Shown here piece after piece: positions 13,574 through 27,247 of a stretch of 64,000 nt of DNA (position 1 is the first letter of the stretch; the number at the start of each line of letters is the position of its first letter). The notes beneath the pieces are model-generated. The model saw nothing but the letters and a program-made list of their open reading frames with translations. It searched no databases and was not told where the DNA came from. The stretch is from Marsupella aquatica (taxonomy: Eukaryota; Plantae; Marchantiophyta): positions 23,830,015 to 23,894,014 of the forward strand of contig OZ316893.1 in NCBI GenBank assembly GCA_973895155.1. The letters are read 5' to 3'. A program made the translations under genes and the position numbers.

Positions 13574-16500
13574 TGTGATGCCTAGACAGGAATCACTCGG
13601 CCAGTTAAGTGGGTAAAGCAGGAAGGCACCCTAGAAACACCTTAGTATAGGGACAAAACAAGGAAAATATAAACAATTAGGGGCAACCATGGAACCCGGG
13701 CCGAGGCCGGAGGTAAGGACGTTGGGGGTGAAAACTTGATTAGGGTTAGGGCGCGTTAAGCGTCGGCGGCTAGGAAGGATCAACGGGAGGAAGGACCGGA
13801 AGAGGAGAGGGGTAAGGAGCGCTTGTAGGAGATGGTGGCTCATTTGCGAGCACGAACTAGGCAGACGACTACGGGAGGCCAACTACTGTCAACTGCTTAG
13901 GCAAGCACTCGGGGAGAGAGTAGATACCGACGAGCGACCTAAGGAGGGTATGAGCAACGTCAATCAAGCGGCATATTTCAGGGGATGCCTGTTCGAACGG
14001 GCAACTGAGTACATCAAGACTTACGAGGACGAGGAATCAGAAAGGGCAGCTCGAGAACGGCAAGAGCTCGCTCGATTGTGGGAGCTGCAGAAGACGGCTT
14101 TCTTAGGAGGCAAACTCATCAAGGACGAGTTCTTGTGGACTCCTACTTCCAATCAGCTCGACGATCTTTTGTTTTGCAAAGACAGCGTCGTCGGCATCCA
14201 AGAGGCCATCAAGAACTGCAACGACATACACTGGGAATTGAAGGGTAGCACGGAAAGGTGGACCCTGGCAACGGTGCTAGGAGAAACCTCCACGGCAGCA
14301 GAGATGAAGAGGAAGGGAGCCGTCAACGATGAAGCCACCCCGGCAAAAAGAACGAGGTCGGCGGCACCAAAGAAGCCAGCCGAGCAGCAGAGCAGGAGGC
14401 AGGGAGAAGCCGAAGAGGAGGAGGTTGATCCCATCAAGGCCATTCCAACCAGGGATGACACCTGGAAGGGCTGGGTGGCAACCCTACCGGTGGAGGTGCA
14501 ACTACATTTTGCACGGGAGGAGGATGCATGCTTTACGGCCATGCAGACCAAGAAGTACCAAGGCTTCATGGCCGGATCCGGCTTAGAGGCCTTTGTAAGA
14601 TTACCATGGCTGAAGCCGGAGGTACCGGAGTCAGACCTATTAGAATTCGTGGGGTCATGGGAACCCGAGACCAATTGCACGAGGATATATGGGAAGGATT
14701 TCTATCTTACTCCCAAAGTGATTGCCGAAGTGTTTGGCTTGCCGATAGGCAATAAGACCAAAGTTGATACCAGGAAGACCTTGCCTGACAAGGAGTTTCG
14801 GTCGTTCCCCGGGCCATCAACGAAGAATGGCTTCTTCCGGAACACCTGCACCAACCCGCACATAGGAGAGATGATCGACTTCTTGAGGATGACCATGCAT
14901 TGTAACTTGCCGAGGGCAGAGATCGGCAAGGCACAGGTCTATCTGGCAGAGAGGCCAGACCCAAGCCGGGACTACAACGGGTACCTCCTCAACCAATTGA
15001 AGAAGATCTTAAAGGAGGAGCAGCAGGGTAATCGGCATGGGGAGCGTGTCGCGGCTTGGCTATCACATGCCGCTGTTGTGCCGGTATGCCAGAGGTCAGA
15101 CTTTTGCCCCAGTACTTCCCCTGCAGGTAAGGGCACCCGAGGAAGCTCCAGCACCGAGGCCGGTAGCAGAGAAGCCTCAACCACCTGTTAGCCCTACGAT
15201 CGAGCAGGTGTTTAGGCCAAGGAAGGAGGACTTGCCGATGCAGCAACCAGGCATGCAGAGTCTGCTGAAACTACTGGAGAAAGAAAAGAGATCGGCATCG
15301 GCAACGACAACGGCAATGGCAACAATGCAGGACACTACTCCAGAGGTAGGCCTACACCGGCTCACAAGAGAAAACCCCTTTGCTGGAGACAAGGAGAGAA
15401 TCAGGCCGGAATCCAAGCCAGGTGTTCGAATCATGTATGTGGGAGTCTCAAGCTCTGAATCTGAGGCAGAATTGCCTGAAGCTCCTACCGACGAAGAGGA
15501 GAGGGAGAAGCCGGACGTCCAAGAAGTAGAGGAGGCAGTGGAGGACTTCAGCCATGATAACTCCGGCTATGGGTCGGACCATCATGTTCCAGGAGTAAGG
15601 ACCTATGGCCGGTTTGTCCCCACACTTCCAAGGGTAGTACGAGGGGACCCCAACCAACAGAGTAGCCCTGAGTCTCCCCCACCAGATGTTGCTCCCCCGA
15701 GCTTTGACGGCATAAAATAGACGGCGCAGGAATTTCAGGAGCAAATCAGGCAGGAAGAGAAGGCAGCCCTGGCCAGGGAAAAGGATTTGCCAGGAGGAGA
15801 TTGGCCGGAGGACATCAGGCGGCTAGCCGAAAAAGGAAGCAAACCTCTAGCCACGATTGAAGAGATCCGCAAGACGGCTTGGGAGCAGAGGCCGCGATGG
15901 GCGATGCCGATCACTTCTACTTACTCCACCTACGCTAAGAATAGAGCCATGGAGTATGGTGAGATGTGTGGGGAACTTGCGCTCGGCATCTTTGGAGAGG
16001 AGTTGGAGGTAGGACCCTTTTTCCATAGGGAGCAGTTGGAGAAGCACCAATTAGAAGAAGCGGTGGCTTTAGAGAGAAGCAAGAAGGACGAGGTCATTCG
16101 GCGGCTTAGGAGGATGGAAGCCGAGATTGAAGATCTAACGGCGGCCAAGAAAGCCCAAGATGAACTGCAGATTAAACGGCATGAGCTGAACATCATGCAG
16201 GGGCAGTTGGACACCGCGCAGGCTGATAATCAGAATATCAAGGATAAACTGACTCAGACGCAGGGAGAGTTGGCCAATACGATCAAAGAGAGGGAGAAGT
16301 GGAAGCGAGAGCTGAGGAATGCAGAGGAGGCCCACATAACAGCCAACAGCCAGGCCATGGCGGAGACCCAAAGAAAGGAATGGGCGTTGAAGGGGGAGCT
16401 CGAGAAAATCCGCGGAGCCCTTGAGCAGAAGGAGGCCGAGTTAGGAAAATCCTATCAAGGGATTATGGCGCTGCAGCAGGAGCTTGCGTCCCTGACGGCC

Positions 16501-17841
16501 AGCTTCAAGGCCGACCTAAGGGAGAAGGACGAGATGCTCGATCAGACTTACGCCAAGATGAACCATATGGAGTCTGTCATCATTGCAGAGCTCGACAAGG
16601 AGCTAAGAGCAACCCGGGAGGAGAGGGCTACCTTGAAGAAAGAATGGGAGGAAGCCCAGAAGGAACTAGAGGAGGCGCGCAAGGACCTGGATGAGACCCA
16701 GGAGGAGTTGGAGGAAATCACGAGGAAGATGGAGAACCTCCAGCGGCGGGCCGACAACCAAACAGAGCGGCTGAAGAAACAAGCCGCAGTATTTAGGTGC
16801 TTGTCTTCATCAGGCCCAACTCCAATTGGGGCAACCAAGTTACCAGGAGTGGTACTGGCCGAAGAAAAAGCCGCGCCACCTGCACCAGTGCCGGAAGTAA
16901 GTGGGAAGGGGAAGGGACCAGCTGCCGAACCAGAAAAGAAGAAGCGGAAACCTTCAGGGTCAAGGAGTAATCCGACTCCACAGGCCGTGGTGACCAAGGA
17001 GGTAGACCCAGCACCAACCTTCGGCATGAACACGGCAATAGATCCCGCTATCATCAAAGGTGGGGATGGTGCGGCCCAAGCAGAACTACTCAGTAATGAG
17101 GCCGGTATCCCAGATCCGCCTCTTGAGCAGGCCGGGGAGACCGTAGCCGAGGCTGAGGCCGTAGCCGATAATGATTCCCGAGCCGATGCCGACGCCGATG
17201 GTGGACCCAGTCAGGCCGATGGAGAGTTGACTCAATCAAGGGCAGGTAATCTGTCAGAAAACAAACCTACGGCAGTGGCTGAGGAGGAAGCGTTGGGGGC
17301 GTCCATTGAGGATCCACCACCGGTGTCGTGACGGTGCAAGGGCGCCGTTCCTTTTAGGAAGGGCGGATGTGGAGGGAGGAGGCGTGAGTGGGCAGGGCGG
17401 GCGCTGATCTCCAAGTTTAGGATTAGGATCAGGACCAGGAGGCGGCCCTGACACTTAGCTTAGTGGGATTGCGGTTCCACTGGTAGGAGCAACACTTGTG
17501 CTCCTACCTTGCTGTACATAGGTAGATCCGGGCAAGTAGATTAGGCTTACGCTGCAAAGAATTAGGCGGATCCACTACCAGGATAAGTACCTGGGCAGTG
17601 GGGAGCTTAGGGCCTCTTCTTTAGCAAGTTTTTAGTTTGCACCAGCCGGGCTGGGATCAAGTAGTAAGAGAAGCTCTCGGTTAGTCATACAGTGACCCTT
17701 GTGTATATTCATGTTTCCTCATGCCTAAGAGCTGAATAGAGTTGGCCTCACGGCTTAGTTCGTAGAGCTTGTGTATGAGATGTACTGTTTGTATGGCAAG
17801 TGCATGGTATGACTCAGTCAGAAGGAGTCATTTTGCTATTT
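13574..17841 (+). mobile_element. Gypsy A 5' LTR, truncated by the Sola-like insertion
   Basis: Begins TGTGATGCCTAG like the copies at 41371 and 46042; colinear with the solo LTR up to GAGTCATTTTGCTATTT (17841). Confidence 0.92.
13689..17331 (+). pseudogene. LTR-encoded ~1210-aa protein (plant-mobile-domain/transposon-protein-like region, acidic linker, long coiled coil), copy 1
   Basis: ORFs 13950-15191, 15037-15720 and 15787-17331 join once TGA (13737), one extra G (~15028) and TAG (15718) are corrected; each lesion is absent from another LTR copy. Contains SGLEAFVRLPW...EFVGSW...LTPKVIAEVFGLP and E/K/Q heptads. Confidence 0.8.
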
Positions 17842-18890
17842 AACACGATTTCGGACCGAACAAGAACTATTTCCTCTAAACGAGAAGTGTATTTTTATTT
17901 TCCGCCGAATCTCGCGAAATCGGCAGTTTTTTTCATCAAAAACGCGTTTTTGGGGAAATAATGTAATTCGTATCGGAGTTCGGATTGAAACAACAAATTT
18001 AATAATGATCAAAACCAATGAAATTCATGCTAACAAATATTCATATTATCAAGGAACAATTAGATCCGAAAAACTTTCTCCTCGACCTCATATTCACGCT
18101 CTCCGAAGATATATGAAAGGTCTTATCTATAAATCCATATCCATGTTTCGAGCCAAGTGCGATAACTGTATCGGACTCCGGATTTGAGCCACGAAAACTC
18201 CGACCCAATCTCAGGTTTCTCAGTTTTTGGATATTTACCAAAAATATTTTACATCACAGTCGATAAGAATTACTGCACGGTTCGTCAAATTTACCTTGCA
18301 GTTACCCTTGCAATTGACCAGTTACCTCCGCAAGTGACCATAGTCAACATGCCATTCTTTCAACAGCAATGCGCAGTCCGATAAAATTATCGCGAAAACT
18401 ACGGGCGACAAAAATACTAGTCGACAATACTAAGATCCTTTGGTTCATCGGTTAAATTTCAAAATTCCTATCCATATGAAGAAAACTCTTCGCAATACCA
18501 ACATCAGATAAATTTATCGCTTCAATTTCAAAATTGCAACTTCCATATGAAGGAACCACTTTTGCAATACCAACATCAGATAAATTTATCGCTTCAATTT
18601 CAAAACTATATAATTTTGCCACGATGCACGTGTGAGAATGAAATTGGAAATCCAAGAAATATACCCTTTTCTGCTATTTTATCGTTTAGGGTGACAACCA
18701 ATCAAAAGTGGACACGTGGGCCAACCCCTCAACAGACACTATAAAAGGGCCATCGCCGATAAGTTTTTAGCGTCATTATCGAGAGTAGAGTTTTGGGAGT
18801 TGTGTTCTTGGAGCAACATTCTGTCCGTTGAGCCTTTTGTTTTCCCTGATTGTGGGAGGATTGCAAAGCCCCATAGTGTCTCGGATAGCC

Positions 18891-21800
18891 ATGTCTCAAT
18901 CAGACACAGATTCACCTTCCAGTTCAGTTGAATCCTCTCCTAATCTTGTCGCTCGCTGTTTGCCAAGTCGCATACTTAAAGCTCTACCTCTCTCACAGCA
19001 AATAGTGCCCGAAATCTCTGACTCAAATTCTGATGCAAGTTCTGGTCCTGAGCCCAGTGCTTACTATGTGTCGCCTAGTAAACCTGAGAAGCGTCGTCTC
19101 TTGAGTGTTCCATTGCCAAGAAATGAGAAACTTTCAATCCCAGGTTTAGGTCCGAGACGTCGCTTCAGGCCATCCATCCCGGGTTATGGAGAGGGTATCC
19201 GGCGACCGATACACGTATCGCAGTCGGCATTCAAGTCGCCACATTCAACACAAGTTCAACGACGGATCTTTCAGTCTCCGGGTGAGGATCGGGACATAGA
19301 AATACAAAGACCGATACGGCGATCGGTCTTTGCATTGCCTGGACTGGATGTGCGAGCAAGCAAGGGAATCGGACTGCGAAGTCCAGACTCGGCCCTTTCT
19401 CGAATGGTCCGTGGGAATCGTGGTGAACAAGTGCTCAATTTTCCAGCAGCTCGCGGAGTCGTTGGGACTGCACGTGCGAATCCAGAATCTCCAAGTTCTC
19501 AAGGGCGGACTGTCATTGGTTCCAGGCTCCAAGTATCGAGGAGCGGTCTTAGTGGCGTTCGGGTTATGTATAGAGAGCCACGGAGTCCAATTGTGTTTTC
19601 AGATGAGTCGAGTGCATCGGAGGACGAAGATGAGGAAGGAGATAGAGAATCCGATATAATAGCACAAGTTGTGTCTGAATGTTTAGAAGGAGCTGTCGAA
19701 GAGAATAGCTATAGTCGTCTATTCAGTGCCCCTCTAAATGCGTCAAGGAGATCTATAGAGGATGGTAGCTCAGCAGAGAGTGATGCATCTATTCGCGAGG
19801 CACCTGAAGGACCCAAAAATGCCAATGTTATGAACGGATTTCAGGTTGTAGAGAAGTCAAATGAGCCTAGTAAAAAAGATAGGGACCGAATTACTAGGAA
19901 AGACAATGTGATAAATGACAAATTGAATAGAAACAAAATGAGAGAAATTCATAAGTATTCGTGTTGTGATAATTACTGTCTGCGGAATTTGGGTCTGCTA
20001 GCCGTGACGAAACAACGCACTTATTACTATGGGCTATCCTACCCAGAGAAGAACGTCCTTCTAAGAGGATGTGTGAAGGGTGGGCATGCTGGTGCAAGTG
20101 GTTACTCAGTTAGCGGTAGATCCTTTTGTCGAAGTGGTTTTAAGAAATTATTTTCACTGAGAAATAATCGTCTCCAAAAAATCTCGCAGAACATGTTTTC
20201 TCGGATATAGATCGGTACAGTTTGTCGAGAAAAATCACCCGCACATCTTGGTCTCGTCCAATGGCTGGATGATTTTTTTTCCACAAATGTCGAGAGTCTC
20301 CCCAACAAGGATATCTTTCATTTACCTGACAATTGGACAAAAACAGAAGTTTTTGATGCCTTCCAGTCCGAAACTCTAATGCGCCAAGAACAAGGCATGA
20401 CATATTCGTGGTTTGTTCGCATTTGGAACAAGGAGTTTCCTCGCGTGCGCATCCCCAAAAGGAGCCGTTTCTCCACCTGCGCCCCGTGTACTGAATTCAA
20501 AGCACTCCGTGACAAGGCAACACTCGAAGCAGAAAAGAGTAAATTTCTAAACCTGTGTGTTACTCCCGATAATTTTATCGGGTTGAGTATTCATGTGCTT
20601 CTTCTTTGGCCATGTGAGTGAATATATCGTTTGAACAGTTTGAATATTGAACCTGATAAATTTATCGCTGTCACAGTTTTTCATTACGGTCTTGTGTTTG
20701 AATACTGAACCCGATAAATTTATCGTTGTCAGGGTTTATCATTACGGTCTTGTGTTTGAATATTGAACCCGATAAATTTATCGCTGTCAGGGTTCAACAT
20801 TGCGGTTATCATGTTTTGTCCTAAATTTTTTTATTGTTGTAGGAAAATTCTCAACATTGCTAAACGAGCATCGGAAGGCACAAGCAGTCGAGAGGGAGAA
20901 GTTAGCAAAGCACCGGAGCAAATGTTACAAGAGTCCGGAGAAATATTTGGGCATCTGTATTGATGGAATGGATCAAAAGAAGACAGAGTTACCTCATTTT
21001 ATTCGGTGTCTGAAGAATATGGATGAAAAGTATTTCATCCCCGTACACGTAGTGGGTTGTTTGATCTTCAACAAACAATTAAGTTCAAATGTTTTTTTGA
21101 ACTATCCAAATATTCACAATGATAGCAACCTGACCATCCACGTTATCCAGCATATTCTGAATACCTGGGAAGGTCTGCTCCCTCCAGTGCTTTACCTCCA
21201 GCTTGATAACACAGCTCGGGAAAACAAGAATAAATATCTTATGGCATATTTGAATATGTTGGTGGAGATAGGTGTTTTCCAGAAAATAAAGGTTGGTTTC
21301 CTATTGGTGGGGCACACCCATGATCAAATTGATCAAATGTTTAGCAAGTTTTCTTCAAAATTGAACAAGCGGAAAGCTTTCCGGTTGGACACTCTTTCAG
21401 CAATCATAGAGGAATCCTACAATCCTACGGCAAAGATATTTTTCGTCGACGAGGTTGCCGATTTCAAGAAATTTGTGTCAGACAAGGATCAAGCAAATGA
21501 CAAGGATATGGATGGTCAGGTTCTACGTACTCTCCATGGCATAAGTGCTCAAAAACAATTTCGGATTACTAGAGTACTCGAAGATGGAAGTGCTCGGTCC
21601 GTATTCCATGCCAAACATCTTTCAACGACAATCGATTGGGGGGAGACGGTGGATTTTGTTTGGTACATTCCATCATCTGGAATGTGGGTCGCACCACAAA
21701 TGGCATTGAAGTCGACCACGGGAGCGACAGGAGACAATGAAGAGCAAGAGAATGATGCTGAGGAACAAGATGAGCGGGCGGCTCAAAGTTATTTGTCAAC

Positions 21801-22452
21801 TCTTCAAAAATATCGAAGAGCAATTGAAGATGGATTCAATTACTTTGACGACGCAGATCGTCTATGGTGGGGTCGTTTTTTTGACAAACAAAAAGAAGTG
21901 ATTCAGCACCACCTGAAACCTGCACAATGGAGTTTTGATTGGAGTTGGCCCAAGGTAAACGTACAGAGAGAACTTCCGAGTAATCCTACGGAAGCAGCAA
22001 TGGAACCTAGCTTGGTTGATAAAGTAGCGGGTGTGAGGACAGTCATGTATTTCGGAAGTCGAAGAAAAGTCACGGAAATTGGAGACTTCAAGGATCTAGA
22101 GGTGAATACTAAATTTGCAATGATATGTGTAGCAGCCCATCAGGATCCCAAGGGAAGACCATTCTGGATGGCAAAAGTGACTGAGATTCTCACAAGAATT
22201 AACGACATCCCGGAGCGGATTAAAATCACTTGGTATGCAATGGATTCGGAGGAAGAGTCTGCAATTGAAGGCAGATATTATCCGGAGAAAGAGGCTTCGT
22301 CTAGCAAAGTACTGGAGGATGAATTGTCCCTATCAGAAACTACCGTTTATGCGTATAACTTTGCGTTATTGGCAAAGAGTACTCTCCCTATACAAACAAG
22401 ACGAATCATTCAAAATGCAATGGAGACTGTAGTCGTTGATAGTCGAAGCTAG
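18891..22452 (+). pseudogene. Sola-like DDD transposase (~1085 aa; exons 18891-20538 and 20843-22452; one premature TAG at 20208)
   Basis: CCDNYC, FCRSGF, CAPC..H motifs; candidate catalytic IDGMDQ, LYLQLDNTARENKN, FLLVGHTHDQIDQMFS. GT-AG intron 20539-20842 restores frame (EK-R-KF); the frame continues through the stop. Confidence 0.85.
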
Positions 22453-22780
22453 TTTCAGGTTTAAGTTATAATGGTTATCGTTCCCATGAATATGTACAGT
22501 GGTTATCATTCTGGGACTATGTACTCCGAAGCTATAAAGATATCTTTTTTTTTAAATAATTGCAATGACAAACCAGTTAGAGAATACAATGCTGTCCGAT
22601 AAGATTATCGACAACTCCATTCCCCCAGCAGGAACACCGCGACAGTCCGATATATGCAAAGTCCGATAAATTTATCGCATTAATAAATGTGACAAAGGTT
22701 CTTCCTCATGGAATACAGAAGTCGATAAATTTATCGACAACTTCATTGGTGATTGACATTATCCTAACGAGCACACGCAA

Positions 22781-23893
22781 CTAATCTAATAACATGTCGT
22801 TGAGATCATCCTCATTTGGTGTTCTGGGAGGCTCTTCCTCAGTTTCTTCTTGTTCCTCTTCGGTCTTCTTCACGACCTCAACTACGTAAGTCGATGTCCC
22901 GAGTACACCCAATTGGCCTGCAATTGGTGGTTGAATCTCATGACCTTCAACGCCGTGCCCTTCAATCTGGGATTCTTCATATAAATTCCAGTTTGACTCC
23001 AGAATCATGATCCGGGATTTTACAAAACCAATCTGCGCAGAACTCTTATCAACAGCACAACCCTGGCGAGAATTGAGGAGCGTAGCAGCTAATGTCGATC
23101 CGGTTCCACAACAAAGATCAATAACCCAATCCTCTTTCTCAGAGAAATGGGAAACAAACCAAGCCCCTAAACCAACAGGCTTCTGATATGGGTTCACAAC
23201 AAATCCCAATGGATCAACGGACTTCTTGGTTACACATGGAACCTTGATGATATTGACGCGAGACTCATCCGGTTGGAAATTGTACATGTTCATGTTCCGA
23301 ATGCCTTCCTCGCTATAGAAACCTATCGACCAGTTCTCAAAACCCCACGCCAATCGAGCTCCAGCGGGACGCTCATGAATGTTAGTCTTCTCCCAGATTC
23401 CAGCCTCGACCCCACAGTTGCATACACTCTCCAGTGCAGACATCACCATATGCGTTTGTTGTAGTGAATGGATCACAACAAACCTCCACTGCTTAGCGGT
23501 CGTCATCTTTGAGAAACTTGTCAACATGTCTAAAATGTCCTTTTCTGTGAAGGCCACTTCATCAAACTCCGAACCAGGAGCATTAAAACCATACGGAATA
23601 TCCACAACCGCAAGGGTGTAAGCCCTTGGCTGAACAAAAGAATCCAAAATTTGAACATCACCAACATGGAGATAGTAGGGAAAAGAATCCCTGTCTGCAT
23701 TTTTCCATGTTTGTTCAAACGCTTCTGCTGTGCCCTCGCCTAAGGACCTCAGCCGATTGTACTTATCGATTGCAGCAAGCACAAAATTCTTAAACACATA
23801 AGGGATTTCAGCTGAGGGAACAATAACCTCCCCCGCAGAATTATAAGTGACAGCCGGAACCACTTTGCTTTTCCTTTTTGAATTAATCTTCAG
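22781..23893 (-). CDS. Amino-methyltransferase exon (N6_N4_Mtase-like, beta motif order)
   Basis: Catalytic-type LAVVDIPY (~23591-23614), then IWEK, ENW, NPYQKP..L...V..FS...DWVIDLCCGTGSTLAA....R...AVD (SAM-binding motif after the catalytic motif). Confidence 0.9.
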   Translation of the reverse strand: MKINSKRKSKVVPAVTYNSAGEVIVPSAEIPYVFKNFVLAAIDKYNRLRSLGEGTAEAFEQTWKNADRDSFPYYLHVGDVQILDSFVQPRAYTLAVVDIPYGFNAPGSEFDEVAFTEKDILDMLTSFSKMTTAKQWRFVVIHSLQQTHMVMSALESVCNCGVEAGIWEKTNIHERPAGARLAWGFENWSIGFYSEEGIRNMNMYNFQPDESRVNIIKVPCVTKKSVDPLGFVVNPYQKPVGLGAWFVSHFSEKEDWVIDLCCGTGSTLAATLLNSRQGCAVDKSSAQIGFVKSRIMILESNWNLYEESQIEGHGVEGHEIQPPIAGQLGVLGTSTYVVEVVKKTEEEQEETEEEPPRTPNEDDLNDMLLD

Positions 23894-25547
23894 CTGTAAG
23901 AATGTCAGACACATCTACAGTTAGAATAGCGTGAGATGAATGCTAAGGCCGATAAAAATCTCGCGATGGAGCACGCTAGCCAATAAATGGAATCGCTTAG
24001 AAACCAACAAAGGAATGCTAAAGCCGATAAAAATCTCGCGATAGAGCATGCTGTGAGAGGAAGGCTTACCGCGTCACTCAATTTCTCCGCCCATATGCCA
24101 AGGACCGAGACATCTGTTTCGTTGGGAAACATTTCTCTGCATGTTGCCCGATCGGGCTGACCAGATATCTGCAAAAATAGTTTCTTCACCTTGGCAAGCT
24201 TTTTCAACTTCTCACCTTCCTTGTGCATTTGATCCAAAGTGATCACCTTCTCGATAACCCTATTCAAGAGACGCTTGACATGCTCCTTATTTGACAGTCC
24301 TTGGAGACCTCGAAATGAATTTAAGTTGAGGTCACCAGCAAATTTATTCATTTTAATCTCCCTTACCGTCAAAGGTTTCACCTTTCCCTTTGCGTTCGTC
24401 GTTGCCACAATTTTTTTGGGTTGTCCTAAGACAATACCTTTCTCCCACATCTGGAAAATCTGCTCCTGAAGATCCCAAATTTCACCTGTTCGGAAAGCAA
24501 TTTGGAAAGCCGGATCATGTTTGGCCATGGAGTCACGAACTCCTGGCGTGTACTCCATCATGCATTCTTGACAACATGCTTCGCGGACATCTTTAGTCAA
24601 GCCCACACCCATTTCAAGGAAAATATTGTGACAAGCGCAAACTTGGTCAATTTTAGTCATGTTCTTCCGATACTCCTGGTCATAGTTATGCTGGAAGCCT
24701 AACTATCGGAGCTCGGATCTCGTAAGCCCAGCGTAAACCCAAGCTTCCAGCTCACCATATATTTGCTTCCCGTACATTTTAAACAACTCGGACTTTGCCC
24801 GAGCACCATGATTCCCTCCAATAATTCTATACTTCCATACCCTTGACTTCAGGATGTCCCAATCTGCGGTTGTGGGACAATCCTTCGGATCCACACACAG
24901 CACGAACGAGGCACTGAAGTTGGTGGGGTTTTTCATGAGAAGTATCTTGATATTTTCCACATGCAATCTATCCACTGGTCTAATCAAAGTTGTCAAATCC
25001 CCCTCCTCATCAAATATGAGATTGTCGACATGCAGAAGCACAGTTGTCCTTTGCACCCTTCGTTGCATCAGAAGACTGAGCTCTGCCTTGATCGCGTCCG
25101 TCTCATACATCGAAAGAGCCGTCTCCTCCTCCTGATCAGCCTACAAAAGCGTTGCAAATTCAATTAAGGAAAGAAACTGCGAGATTTTTATCGGAGTTCG
25201 CATTTGTTCAACATAACTCCACAATCCGCAATTCAGGAAATAAACAGCGAGATTTTTATCGGATTTCGTGTTTGTTAAACAGTACAACGACGTAGTACTT
25301 ACCAATGGCGCCGTAGGAACCACGACTGGAACTGATGGAATTGACGGAGCTCTATCTACTTCTGCAGCCACCGTCTCAGTCCAGCCAGTCCTCTTCCTCT
25401 TTGTGCTAAGTCCAGAACCAGATGGCCCGGATCCCTCGGATCCTTTACTTTCGCTTGGTTTAACGGATGGTCCTCGATGGTTGCCCCGACCTCTCCCACT
25501 ACCGCCAGTTTCCTGGCTCTTCTTCCCACCGTCAGAGGTTCCCGCGG

Positions 25548-27075
25548 TGTCTGGGGGAAAAATGTGGTTCTTGAGGAAGCACCGGGCCTATGGCAGCTAG
25601 TGTTAAGAGAGAACTTAAGTTAAGATCATGATTACTATTCTAGACTGGGTAGCAGACACCACAAGGAACGGTTCCGTGGATGAAAGCACAATATCATAAC
25701 CCTTTTCTCCATACCTACGGACTATTGCCTCCTTGGCAGCTACCTTGGGTCGAGTTACAAAACGAATATCTCCCAACGAGAAAGAAACGAGAGGCTCATC
25801 GGAGGGAGGTTTGTTGAGATCCATCTCAATACAAGATAAAAATTGTGCAAGCCCAATCCTGCCCGTAAACTACATAAGGGTATACAATTGGCTCTATTGA
25901 ATTTAATACCGCAGTTGCAAATGCTTCTTCAAAGTGAAAAGTCATATGCTGGCGCATTATCTCTTTTTAGAGTACATGAATTCTAATAAGGAAAGGATTA
26001 GGGAGTGGAAGAATAGGTACTGGTCTGGGCATTATCGTACTATCAAATATTCCATCCAACTAATTTTCATTCTAATGACAAGAGATAGAATCATTCAACA
26101 AAAAGATCATTCATTTCAAACAAATATCATGCATTGAGTTAACTCTAAGTATATACATGCAGATGTTTATCTTAATAGGTTGATCTTCTTTTGAATGAAA
26201 ATACTATCTGAAGGTCCAACTCATACAAAATACCTCTGGCCGAGCCGAAGCTCTAAGCAAGAATGCATGAGTGGGTCTACTTCATAAGGATTTCACCCAA
26301 AAGAGAGCATATGATGTCAAGGCATTGTTGAACACTTTTCAACTCTTTAGAACTTAATAACCATCTCCTATCAAATGACAACACTTTCTGAAGGTCCAAC
26401 TCATACAAAATATCCCTGGCCGAGCCGAAGCTCTAAGCAAGAGTGCATGAGTGGGTCTACTTCATAAGGGTTATATTCATAGAAGAGATCATCAAGTCCA
26501 ATGGATTTTTAAGACTTCACAACTTAGTTGATGAAAAATGGGGAGTGAGGGGAGAGAGCCCCTCTCCTCTTTATTTATAGTGCTCACACCTCAAGCACAC
26601 GGATCAAGCATGGCACACGGATGGAAGCCATGTGTCACACATCCAAGGCAAGTAAGTGTGCTAGTACTGTAGTTACGTGAGCGGAGCAACTGTAGACAGT
26701 ACACTGTAGCATGCACACTGTAGATTGTACACTATAGCATGCATACTGTAGATCGTACACTGTAACATGCACACTGTAGATCGTACACTGTAGCATGCAC
26801 ACTGTAGATCGTACACTGTAGCATGTACATTGTAGCATGCACACTGTAGATCGTACACTATAGCATGCACACTGTAGGTCTTGCACTGTAGCATGCATAC
26901 TGTAGATCGAACGATATAGCATGCATACTGTAGATCGTGTACTATAGCATGCACACTGTAGGTTGTGCACTGTAGCATGCACACTATAGACTGCATATGC
27001 GAGAATTTAAACTACTATCCTATACTACTAAGCTATACTTAGGAGGAACTTACTAAACAAAGAATCCCCACGACA
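25548..27075 (-). repeat. Gypsy B 3' LTR
   Basis: Near-identical to 33104-34631. Confidence 0.95.
26690..26995. repeat. 14/28-bp minisatellite inside LTR B (also at ~34246-34551)
   Basis: Tandem CACTGTAGCATGCA / CACTGTAGATCGTA units. Confidence 0.9.
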
Positions 27076-27247
27076 TATCACCCCTACTAAACCTGTGCAG
27101 CCTCCGGTCTGCACCACACTTTAATAGTCACCCCTACTAATTTTGTGCATCTTGTAGTCTGCACCACACTTAATAGTCACCTCTACTAATCTTGTGCATC
27201 TTGTAGTCTGCACCGCACTTAATAGTCACCCCTACTAATCTCTTACT

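Noticed and set aside
14153-17057. Long antisense ORFs opposite the LTR gene (also 46621-47127, 49001-49381)
   Set aside because: Shadow frames of a biased coiled-coil coding strand.
26635-26996. Repetitive Cys/Tyr-rich ORFs and a CRISPR-like look (also 34191-34552)
   Set aside because: Tandem minisatellite inside an LTR with no unique spacers; the ORFs are translation artefacts.
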